From Lingula anatina (Eukaryota; Animalia; Brachiopoda), in assembly GCA_051362555.1 (NCBI GenBank), contig CM120640.1, positions 66,442,788-66,506,787 of the forward strand: 64,000 bases of DNA. Direction: 5' to 3'. This document shows, in pieces, positions 28,201-40,200 of the stretch. The translations under genes and the position numbers were made by a program. The notes beneath the pieces are model-generated. The model ran no database searches and was not told the origin of the DNA. It saw only the letters and a list, made by a program, of their open reading frames with translations. Position 1 is the first letter of the stretch, and each line of letters begins with the position of its first letter.

Positions 28201-31200
28201 ATCTTATGAATTATGAAAATTGAAATGTTTAGGAATATAAAATTCGAAATACGAATTCATACAAAAAGTGAATTTTGGTATTTTGCATTTTTACAAAACG
28301 CGAATTTTGAATTGCACAATTTATTTTTTCTTACGAATCTTATTTATTTTTCAAACGAAGTACTGTACCTCACAAAGCTTTTGATCACTACCGTGACCTT
28401 AGCCATTCGTCATCTCATATAAATCATTTTACTATGACCTATAAGTTTAATTTAGTTGTAGTAGAATAGAAAATAAAATCAAAGTAGAAGTAAAATTCAT
28501 TACAGAAAATATAATAATAAATAAAATGTTGGTAATTGATATTTATATGAATAAAGAATGCGGAGACCTTTGTAGAGTAGACTGACACGAAGAACGAAAA
28601 TGTACTGTGCTTTCTACTTCGCGTAGCAACTAAAGTGGAAGATCATTACACGCTTCTATACACCACAATGGTGACACTTTGAATGGCACTGGTTGTATTT
28701 GTTTGCTGACCAGCTTTTTGCATTATTCGAGTAAAACGGGACATGCCTGGACAACGTTCACAATTCAAACAAAAATTGTATTTACCTAGGGGAAATGATA
28801 TCCTTTAACACGGCTGTCAGTGTGCAGAATATTTACTGAACGAGATAGACTTGGGATCAGCGAGACCTCGTTTGTTGTAAAGTCTCCTTATATTTTAGCG
28901 ACTATAAACACTGTCAGCAACAGTAGACATGAATAGAAGTGGTTCTGCTCGACGTGTAACTTTGGAATATAATGCAGTTTAGTTTGTTGCCTGACAGGTG
29001 AAGTCAACCACGATGACCAGCGCAGTCACAATGCGCTTAGTGAGAACCAAACACAGTGAGACTTAATGCCTCAACGGCGTCGAACGCAGTAACATCACAT
29101 TGCAACTGGATGCAGTCTACGCTCGTCTAAAAAGGCCATTCGTATTTAAACACACATATTATAAAATATTTTGTTGAGTCACGAATCTGGAATATTCCTA
29201 TTATCTTCCGAATTTCAATAGAACATTCCATAACATGATACTCAGAAAAGAGTTGAGACACAGATCTGAGACATCTCTATTATCTTTTTAGCTGGGTTTA
29301 ACTGGTTTTTGGTTATTGTATAAAAGCTCCTGAATCAGAATTTCGATAGACACGTTTTATTACACAATTAAAAACAGTCCATAACATAATACTAAGAAAA
29401 AGATATCTGGAATATTCCTTTTATCTTCCGAATTTCAATAGAAAATTCCGTAACACAATACTAAGAAAAGAGATCTGGAATATTCCTTTTATCTTCCGAA
29501 TTTCAATAGGAAATTCCATAACATGATACTAAGAAAAGAGATCTGGAATATTCCTATTATCTTCCGAATTTCAATAGAACATAATACTAAGAAAAGAGAT
29601 CTGGAATATTCCTATTATCTTCCGAATTTCAATAGGAAATTCCATAACATAATACTAAGAAAAGAGATCTGGAATATTCCTATTATCTTCCGAATTTCAA
29701 TAGAACATAATACTAAGAAAAGAGATCTGGAATATTCCTATTATCTTCCGAATTTCAATAGAAAATTCCAATAAAAAATGCTGACTCATGGTATTACGCT
29801 GCGTATAAATATCCCGTGATTCAAAGGACACAGGCAGGCTACGCGGATCACTCAGAATTACGGCAGAGCTGTCTTTCCGATAGCGTCGCACACTTAGAAG
29901 AGGTCGAAACCGAGAGCGACCACTTACAAAGCAGGTAAGTAGTTGTTTAAAAAAAAATCACGTGATAAAAAAAAAATGTGGGGTATATTAAGTTTCACTC
30001 TTGTAGAGACATTCAGTTGAGAAACATGGATTTGAGCATGAAACTTCCATTAAGTTTGGTCATCAACGGACCTAGCGGAGCCGGCAAGACTACTTTTCTT
30101 CAAAATTTCTTAGATACTCAGATTTAATGACAGACCATGCTTTTGATAATATTATTTTCGCTTACGCTGTGTGGCAAGAGGCTTACGATCAAATTGAAAA
30201 AGAGGTCCCAAAACATATAACTTTTATAGAGGGAATACCTAGTGACGAACAATTAGAAGAAATATATGACGCGAAAAAGTATTCGCTTCTTATTTTAGAC
30301 GACTTATTTAGCGAAAGTTTCGAGAACCCTAAGATTAAACACATTTTCATACGAAATTCTCATCATAACAACGTGTCGATAATTCTTATTACCCATTCGT
30401 TATTTCCCAAAGAAAAGCATGCCAGGACAATATCGCTTAACATGCAATATTTAGTCCTTATGAAATCTCCTCGCGACCAATCGCAGATCAGGGCGTTGTC
30501 TCATCAGGTCTCTTTACAAAATTCAAAAAAGTTCATAGATATTTACAAAGACGCCACGTCCAAGCCCTACAGCTACCTTTTTATAGATTTCCGTCAAACA
30601 ACCCCCGAAGAAGTGCGACTAAGAACAAATATTTTTCCCGGAGAAACGCATTACGTCTACCTGCCCGTATAAAAAGAAGGTGATTTCGTGTCGCTGCGTC
30701 ACTTTACAATGAAGTCCGAATCCACAAACACGTTCATGCCACATCTTAATTTTCTATCCATAGCCGACAGAAGATTGACAAAAAGCGTGATCGAGAATTC
30801 GCCAAATACCCTCATTCGAAACCTGTGCAATTTAGCTAGTAATCTTTTGCGCAACACTGAGTACAGATTGACTGCACAAGAGAGAAATAAGTTAAGTCAT
30901 CTCAAAAGTCTCGTGCTTAAACTAGTGGAGAAACAGAGATCGCTGAAGATCAAGAAGAAAATATTAGCGAAAAACCCTTCATTAGTCAAGGCAATTGTGC
31001 AACCAGTGTTGAGACATGTCAGCGTTTAAAAAGATGGTTATCATAGATGAAACAGAGTTAAACGCTTTGCGAAGGAAATCAAACGCGGATTATTCACCAT
31101 TACAGGATGAAGTTTTACGAAAGCAGAATGAACTGAGTTCTGTAATGCAAAGAGAAGACTTACCGTTTGATAAACGCATAAAGTTATACAACGAACTACA

Positions 31201-34200
31201 AAATGAATATATGCAGGTTGCCCGAAAAAAACAACCTATCTCTGTAACTATAGAAAATACGCCTACGTCTGCCAATGACCCCACTGAGAACGCGGAACCA
31301 TCAAAGCGTTTTATCGATACGCAAATATTAGAATCGATTCCCGCGCGGATGCGTAACAAGGCGAATAACATGTTGAGACTCCTCGCCAAACACCCCACCC
31401 TTTTATCTTACGATGATCGAGGGTCGCTGATATACGACGGAGAGACTATACAAAACACTAACATAATTGATTTAATAAGTGAATTGTACGTTTCGAGAAA
31501 ACGAAAGTTTACTCCCGCCGGATGGTCGATTTTTTTAAAGGGACTAAAACGTATAAATCTTCCTTCGACTCTTATATCCAATACTTTGCGGCGAGAGGAG
31601 TTTTTATCTCTACCATCACACACCAGTAAAAATAAAAAGAAACCCCAAACGGGTATGGGGAATAAATTTACGTCGTTTAATATATATTGAAACAAAGACA
31701 GCCGTGTATTTTGAAAATTTATTTAATAAATGTGTTGTTACACTGTTTTATTTGAGTTGTGATTTACAATATCTAGGTGACACAATAAAATTTCTATTTA
31801 CAAAATCGTATACTACATAATCGTTAAAATTGGTATCGTTTGAAAAGTTCGCACTTATCTCTCGCATGGTCTTCCCTCGAAAGCGTTGCGACAGAAAGTA
31901 AATTGTGTAGTAACCACAAACAACACTCAAAGGATCTTGTAACACTTTACTATTATAAGACCACCCTCTTGTCGAATTGTTGTTCAGGAATCGAGTAAAA
32001 TTATTGTCGTAGTAGCTGGGGTGACGTCCATAGGAATCAAAAAATTCTGCCGATCCGTCATTTGAAACATATATGCTGACCCAATGTTCTCCTATTTCGT
32101 GATATTTAGCGGTGTTGACTACCAGTCCTGCGGGATATGTACTGATATATTGTGGTAGAGTATCCGATGAGAACACGCCTATGAAATGTTTACACGAAAT
32201 AGGATCCGATTTCATAATACAGTCAAGTTGACGGTTATTCATGTTCACGGCTCCGTATAAACGGAACGTCTATTGTCAATTTTGATCACAGAGTCAAACT
32301 CGGCAAACACAACGAGTACGCTGTTATTGATAGGTTTTGTAAACTCCAGAGATACCCCTAGCGACCCCTGACGCATAGGAGACGAGTAAGGCTGATGCGA
32401 CTGATCGGGGCTTAAATCGAACCCGAAAATCGTGTTTCCCGCGGTAAAGGCTTCCCTCGATAACGATACATCTCTATCGGCTTCTTCGGGTTCAATTGTC
32501 GAAACGAGGTCGTTAAAAGGTCTTATATAATTTAATCCCTCATTCGTATCAAAATCTAAATTGTAGGGTTTGAGCGGAATTTGTTCTCCGGCCACGGTTA
32601 AACGCAAAGACCGAAGATTCTGATGTTTAAAGTTGAAGGGATTTAAATCGTACTGTCCCGAAAGGCTAGCGTCCATCACCATACCCATAAAAATTCTACG
32701 CGGTATTTTAGACATGTATATGTTATCCAGAAAAGCACTTCGAACATTATTGGGTATATTGATTATTTTGACTTCTCTTCTCATGATGGGGTAACAAGCC
32801 ACGTTATTCATCAACATAGTTTCGTGGGCAGCCTTGAGGCGGGACGAAACTTTAACCCTCCTCGCAAAAAGAGATATGTTCTTTATCAGCATTTTTTCGT
32901 CTTTGGAAGTAGTTCCGGACATTAAACAAAAACTATGTTCGCTTCTTCGTAGTTTTATCCTGATGTCTACATTGTTTAATAAAAGTTTCGGTTGTTGAAA
33001 AAAATCACATTTTATCTTCCCCATCATTTCACACTTTCGGGAACGTTGAAACAGCGAATATCTTCGTTTTAAGCCTTCATTAGCGGGATCTCCACTGACA
33101 TCTGTCAAATCGAACAATCCGGGTGTATCAGTATACCAAGCTTCGTTGGTCAACCATGACTTTTTCGCAGAACTCCCGTGAAATAATAAGTTTTCCAAGT
33201 ACGCACGGTAAGCGTAGGTGTTGTTAGATTCCGTTATGACCGTCCCGTTCAATTCAACCTCCACATTCGAAAATAGCGAATGTAACGTATTGTTGACAGG
33301 AGCTGTATCTTGTCCGATATCTATGTCACTAAAATCATTTTTTACTACTTGCGTTTCCAAATAAAGAACGATATTATTTGGGTCGATATATTCATCCGCG
33401 TTTCCTACGATTAGAAATTCTATTACAGGGGAAGTGTCTGTAACGCTGTTCACCGGTCTCAATTCTTCCACCGATGAATGTTCTATTTGAACTTGAAAAG
33501 CATCGCGAATGTTGCTGAACAAATCCAGTTCCGTTCGAACGACGCGTTCCATTGTTACTAAAAATTAGTTTTCGCGGAGATGTGTTTGGTTGTGCGTTTT
33601 TTAACGCGTCTGGCCTTTTTGGCTTTAACGTCCTTTTTTATACTCATGCCGTTCATTGTTTTTGTAATAACATCACTGCTTACATAAAGTTTTCTTTTTC
33701 GAGTTTTTTCTTTCGAGTGACGTGCGGGCTTTTCACCTATGCGAAGTACTACTGCGTGTCTAGCACCGCCGCCTTTTTGTCTTCCGTGGAATTTATTAAT
33801 TATACCTTCGCCTGCTTGGTTCTGATAGTACTTTAAGAGTGCTGTATAGACTGGATCCATCGTTACAGTAAATTTTTGCGTCTAAAATGAAGTGTTTCGA
33901 CGGTCTTTCTTCCTTGGAACTGAACAAATTTCCCCGTGTCGTCGGTTATATGGATTTTTATTGTCGACAGTTCGTTAGAGATTAGAGGTACGTAAATAGG
34001 CGAATCAAAACTATGCGTGATTGTTTCACCGAATTCCCCCTTGATCGGAACTATGCGCAGTAAATTTGCCGATGTGTCACCTACTAGTTGTGGTTTTATA
34101 ATGTCTGTGTAAACATAGAGAGAATCGAAGTCGTCCGTCGTGTTCGCCGGTTTAGTAGCTGTAGTATCCTCGGATACATTAACGTTATCGAAACCCAGCA

Positions 34201-37200
34201 TATTTCCAATGCTCCCGCTAAAGTGAACGCTTGCTCCCGCTTTCAAATGAACCGTCACCTTTTTCGTAATAATGTTGAATGCAAACCGAATGTTGATTTG
34301 GCCTTGAGCAGACATCCCGTTATGAATGGCTGTCAATAGGTCATTCACGTGGGGGTAATACCCATTAGACAACCGAAGCGTTTGAGGTTTTTGACCGTCG
34401 AAATAATTCAGAGAACTATTTTCCACATTATTCCACGTTTTACAATAAAGTATTTCCGTCAAAGCTACTTCATATTGTCCCTGCAAATATAGCGAAGAGG
34501 ACAGCTTAGTTCTAAACGCTTCGGGTCTGTTGCCTGGGAAAAAGTTGAAACTGCTGTTGGAAGGGAGTGTGATGTGAAAGGACGAGGCCATCGTTCCGAC
34601 TAATCTTCGGAGGCCACAGCAAATCCTTTTTTATACTGTTTTGACGCGGGATGCGGGGACCCAACTGTTGAATTTGGAAGGCCAACCCTGCCATTTCACG
34701 AAATATTCTTTCGATTTACCCTTCCCTCTCGCTTTCAAAAATTTTTCAACCCTATACACGTCATCTTTTTTTACGACGCGAATCATTTCTGGTCCATACA
34801 TGACACCCTCAATCTCCTCTCCGTCGTAGTCTGCCACCTTGTAGACCGGCGGTGACCTGTTTAAACGTTGGGTTATCGTAAACAACTCCTGCGTCCAACC
34901 CTGCTCGTAGCCTTTCGCAAAGGGGGACCTATGTTTGCTCAATCGAACGGTGTCTCCGACGTTAAATTTAAACTTTGGTTTTTCTAGTTTTTTCCCCCCG
35001 TAAAGTTTATTCCATACCGCGTCCGAATTTTTTTCTTTTGAGGCCTCCGTCGGCGACATGCCTATACTCCGGTGTTTAGCCGCGTTGTACCCCGTCAGCA
35101 GTTGGTCGAGTGCGTGTATGTACGTCAGCGTACTGTTGGCGGTGAAATATTTAAAAAATTTAGATTTTAAAGTCCTGTTCAGCCGTTCCACGACAGAGCT
35201 TTTTCGTTCCGACTTTGTTGTAAAAAACGATATTCCCTGTTCCTTGAGGTATGCTTGAAATTTCCTATTAGTAAATTCTGTTCCGGCATCTGACTGAAGG
35301 ATAGCCGGTTTTCGACCTTCGGATAAAATTTTTTTAAACGCTTCTAAAACACTGTCAGCAGTTTTTGTTTTGATAGCAACAGCCCATGCAAATTTTGAAA
35401 ATATATCAATCACGGTTAAAAGGTACTTATAACCCTTGTTGTACTTAGATATTTTACCGAGGTCGGCTAAATCCGCCTGCCATTGCTGATCTGTACGACC
35501 AACAAGGACGCGATTGGTGCGAAATCTTTTTCTGACGTTGGCGTGTAGCGTATACGTATCTTGCTTGGCCAAAAACTCCTTAATCTGCTTTAGTCCGATT
35601 TTCTTTTGATCTCTTCGCGTCGCTTCATATAATTTCAACGCGCTTCCAAAGCTAGCGGGATTGGAAGGATCGTAATATATTTTCTTCAAGTAATCGTCTG
35701 TCTGTCCCTTACTTTTACCCGCTTGTCGTCTCTTCATCTTTTTCAACTTTAAAAGAGTCTGTATGTCCTTTGCATGGGGTTTTTGTCCACTTCGTCAAAG
35801 CCTATGTTTAACAGTGTTTTCACTGTACTGGGCGTGTACTTAGGTTTTCTTTCGTCGGCGACAAATAGCTGCACTAATTCGCGTCGCTTTTCGGGCGTCA
35901 GCGGAACATTTAGTGGATTCGCAAGTCTCTTCTCGACCGTGTTCATAGTACAGTGCGGACTGTGGCGTTCGTGTTCAACGTCCACTGCATCTCTCAACGG
36001 GTCCCAGTCTCTAAGACTGACGCGGCAGTTAAAACAAAGCACCGCGTCGTCTGTATTTGATGCGTCTTGGTCCCTGTAAAACCCGCTGATGGCTAAAGGT
36101 ATAGGGTTGATGAGAAGTTTACCAGGCCAATTGAGAAAACTGAGAATCCTATCTTCTTCTTTACAATAGGGTGTTCGAAAAAACAAGGGCTTGTCTTCTG
36201 GTACACAGTCGGTGAATACTTTACTGTCATCCATTCTTTAACTGGCTGATAAAATTGTAACTTTTATTTTAATACTCTTTTCGTTAGCCAATCAAAATAG
36301 TGCTCTTTGAATTAACCAATCAAATCGTCTTATTTCAACCAACCATATATAAAACACGTTATTATAGTCTGCATTTAATTTTCATTTCAGATCGACAGCG
36401 ACCATGGCACAGTACAAATGCGAAGTGTGCGGCGCATCCTTCGACCGCGTCGATAACCTTAAACGACACCGGCTCACCCACACGAAGGAAAAACATGTAG
36501 CATGCCCCGAATGCGGGAAGACTTTTGCTCGTCGAGATAACATGAATAGGCATCTACGCCTCCACCCGGGGACCTCGACGAGTTCGAGCGAAGAACCAGA
36601 GGCCTCTTCGGCAGTTAAAAGACCCAGGATTCAAAGGGGGTCGGGAGCCGCCGACCGTGTCGTCATGCCCGACAATCTTCTACCCCCGGACGTCGACCCG
36701 TCGGTTGCCGAAGCGTACGGAAGCCATTGGAACAGCATACGGACCAGATCCTCGAGGGGTAACAAACTCCAAGACTGGTACAATATTAGATTGACCACCC
36801 TTCAACCTGATGCCCTTCGAGACGACCTGGAGCGGATCTTGGAAGATCAACGCACGGCGTTCAAGATCAACGTGTCGTACGGTTTTTTCTTAAGAAACAA
36901 CGAGACCGGGCAGTTGAGGTACTACCACCCCAGCAGCAACAACCACTGCTTCTTAGAAGCGCCCGCTGTGATCCGCCACCGCCAGGATCTCGACGGTTTC
37001 TTCCACAACATTACCGCCAGAGATGTCTTAGAATGTGCTCGACAGGAGAGGCCAAATTCGAAGTGGGTGGTAGACTCGGTCACCAACGCCACGTTTTACG
37101 TGACGAAGTTAAAGGGTCACCCCATCGGGTGCGGGATCGACCTGCCTTCCTTCGTGCTTAAAAACAAGGGTCTCGTTGCCCTGCAAAAAAACAACCGAGG

Positions 37201-40200
37201 AAAAACGTACCGCGACAATCTCTGCCTCTTTCGATGCCTCGCCTTGCACAAAGGTTCATCCGTCAGAGGACTGGAAACAACAACGAAGAAACTGTTTGAT
37301 AAGTACAGGGAAAGCAAAAGAAAATGCAAACACAAAGGTTTCCAAGGCGTGGCGCTCCATCGACTGCACAAGGTGGAAGACCTCTTCGAGGTAAACATCG
37401 TCGTGTACGAACTGCAGCAAAACGAAGACGGGGACGTGTTTGCAGAACTCGTTCGTCGCTCAACGGGCAAGCACAAGGACACCATGTCGCTGAACGTGCA
37501 CGAAAATCATTTTTCGTACATCAGCGACGTGGACAAATACTGCCGCTCGTTTTGCTGTTCGAGGTGCAGCAAAATGTTCAAGAGCAAATGGTCCCTTCAG
37601 CGCCACGAACGGACCTGCGACGTCCTCGTAGAGCACCGTTTTCCCGGCAAGGCGTACGCTCCCCAGCCCACCGTATTCGACCTCCTCGAAGACGAGGGCA
37701 TTTTCGTCCCCGAGGAAGACAGATACTATCGATATCGGGCGACTTTCGACATCGAGTGTCTGCTACCCCGTACGGAGGAGCCGCAGCACAGCGAAAAGCT
37801 GAGCTTAGAACACGAACATCGTTTCCTCAGCGTCAGCGTGTGCAGCAACGTGCCTGGTCACACGAAGCCGGAATGCATCGTATCCGAGGACAATCCCGCG
37901 CTAGCCGTGCAGCAGTTCCTAGAAATATTGCAGAATATAAGCCGCGCGGCTGAAAAACTTCTTACCAACAAGTTTGCCTGGATCTTCGAAAAACTTAACG
38001 AAAAAATAGATCAAAACATTCAAAAAACGATACAGGAAAGTGAAGTCATGGAAGAAGATGAAGAAACCTTAACAAACAAACATTACTTATCAAAACTTAG
38101 CCGTAGATTTAGTCAATATTTAATGGAATTACCCGTATTAGGTTTCAACAGTGGGCATTACGACCTTAACGCCATGAAAACGCTGTTTTTTCCGTTGTTG
38201 TTGGACACCTTGAAATTTGTCGTAAAACGCAACAACAATTTCATGGTGTTAAAATCGGAACGCCTAAAAATCTTAGACATCTGCAACTATTTGGCTCCCG
38301 GATGCAGCTATAGTCAGTTTTTAAAAGCTTTCGAGTGTGCCGAGTCCAAGGGGTTCTTCCCTTACGAGTGGATGGACTCTTTGGACAAACTCGAGTGTGC
38401 AAGTCTCCCTCCACGCGAAGCGTTTTACTCGAAGTTAAAACAAAGTAATATCACTGAGGAGGATTACGCATTGTGTCAACGCGTTTGGCATGAAAACCAG
38501 ATGCAAACAATGCGCGACTTCCTCGAGTGGTATAACAACAAAGACGTTGAGCCAATGTTAGAAGCAGTGGATAAAATGTTCGCCTTCTACCTTGAGAGGG
38601 GTATTGATATGTTTAAGGATGGTATTAGTGTACCAGGTTTGACATTGAAATACCTGTTTCAAAACGTAGGAGACGCATTTTTCACTCTCTTCGACGATAA
38701 GCACAGCGATCTTTACTACCTTCTAAAAAACGCTATCGTAGGCGGTCCCAGCATCATCTTTCATCGCTACCACGAGAGGAATAAGACCTTTCTTCGAAAG
38801 GCGACATCCGAAGCTCCCAAGCTGTGCAAAAAGATCGTAGGGTACGACGCTAATGCCCTGTACCTGTGGTGTTTGATGCAACCCATGCCCACGGGTACGT
38901 TTATACGCAGACGCGAAGAGTCCGAGTATACGCGTGAATATTCTCACCCGCGAGGCCGTGAGGCCACGTTGTGGTTAGACTGGGTCGCTCGTTCGAGCAA
39001 TATTCGCATTCGACATCAGTTCAACGGTACGGAAAAGCGCGTCGGGTACCGTCAGCTACCGGTGGATGGGTTTTGTCGAGAGACGCAGACCGTGTATCAG
39101 TACCACGGGTGTTATTTTCACGGTCATCGGTGCCATTTAAACCGAAACAAAGATGGCACCTACAAAGAAATAAATGACACGAAAAAGGTCACTATGGAAT
39201 CTTTACGTATAGAAACTGAAATTAATAGCGAGTACATTCGGGAATGCGGCTACGATCTCGTCGAAATGTGGGAGTGTGAGTGGAAAAAACTTCAACGCGA
39301 AAGCGAGGAAGTGAAGCATTTCGTGACACAGTACACACTTCCCACAGAGCACAAATATCGGCTCACGTTCGGCGAGATCCTAGACGCGATTCGCAATGAT
39401 AATCTGTTTGGCTTCGTCGAGTGCGACGTAGAAGTCCCGCCGGAACTTAGACCAAAATTTTCAGAAATGCCACCCATTTTTAAAAACACAACCGTTTCCC
39501 GCGACGACATCGGTCCTTTCATGAAACGTTTCGCTGAAGAAAACCGCATCATGAGTGTCCCGAGACGTTCGTTGATCGGGAGTTTTTTCGGCGAAAAAAT
39601 TGTTTTGGCGACCCCGCTTTTGAAATGGTACCTAAACCACGGTCTTCGCGTGACGCGCATCCACCAGGTAGTCGAGTACACCCCGAAAGCCTGTTTCGAG
39701 CATTTCGGAAACTCCGTGAGTGACGCTCGCAGGGAGGGAGACAGGGACAAGACCAAAGCTATCGTCGCCGACACCATGAAGCTGATCGGCAACTCGGGCT
39801 ACGGGAAAACGGTGACCAACAAAGAAAAGCACCGAGATGTGCAATATTGCGGCGAGGCAAAAGCCTCACAAAAAGTTAACAGTCACCGTTTTCGGCGTTT
39901 AGATAAAATTTGCGAAAACGCGTACGAGGTCGAGCTTAACAAAAAAATCATCAAATTCGACCTTCCTCTTCAGATAGGCGTGATGGTGTATCAGTACGCC
40001 AAGCTACGCATGTTAGAGTTTTACTACGACTTCATGCTGAAATTCGTGGATCCGTCCGATTTCCAATATTGCGAAATGGACACGGATTCCGCGTACATCG
40101 CCTTCTCGGCGGAAAGCTTAGAAGAAGTAGTTAAACCTCACATGAGAGCGCAGTACAAAGCCGAGAAACATCTGTGGTTTCCGCGTACTGATACCCCAGA

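Noticed and set aside
29380-29770. Regularly spaced palindromic repeats resembling a CRISPR array
   Set aside because: The sequence between palindromes is itself repeated (no unique spacers), there are no cas genes, and the context is eukaryotic. It is a tandem repeat.
29523-29774. 83-aa ORF with repeated peptide
   Set aside because: Translation of the 68/58-bp tandem array; no coding evidence.
37117-39844. Several 66-209 aa ORFs overlapping pPolB on either strand
   Set aside because: Shadow ORFs expected in GC-richer coding DNA; no recognisable motifs.
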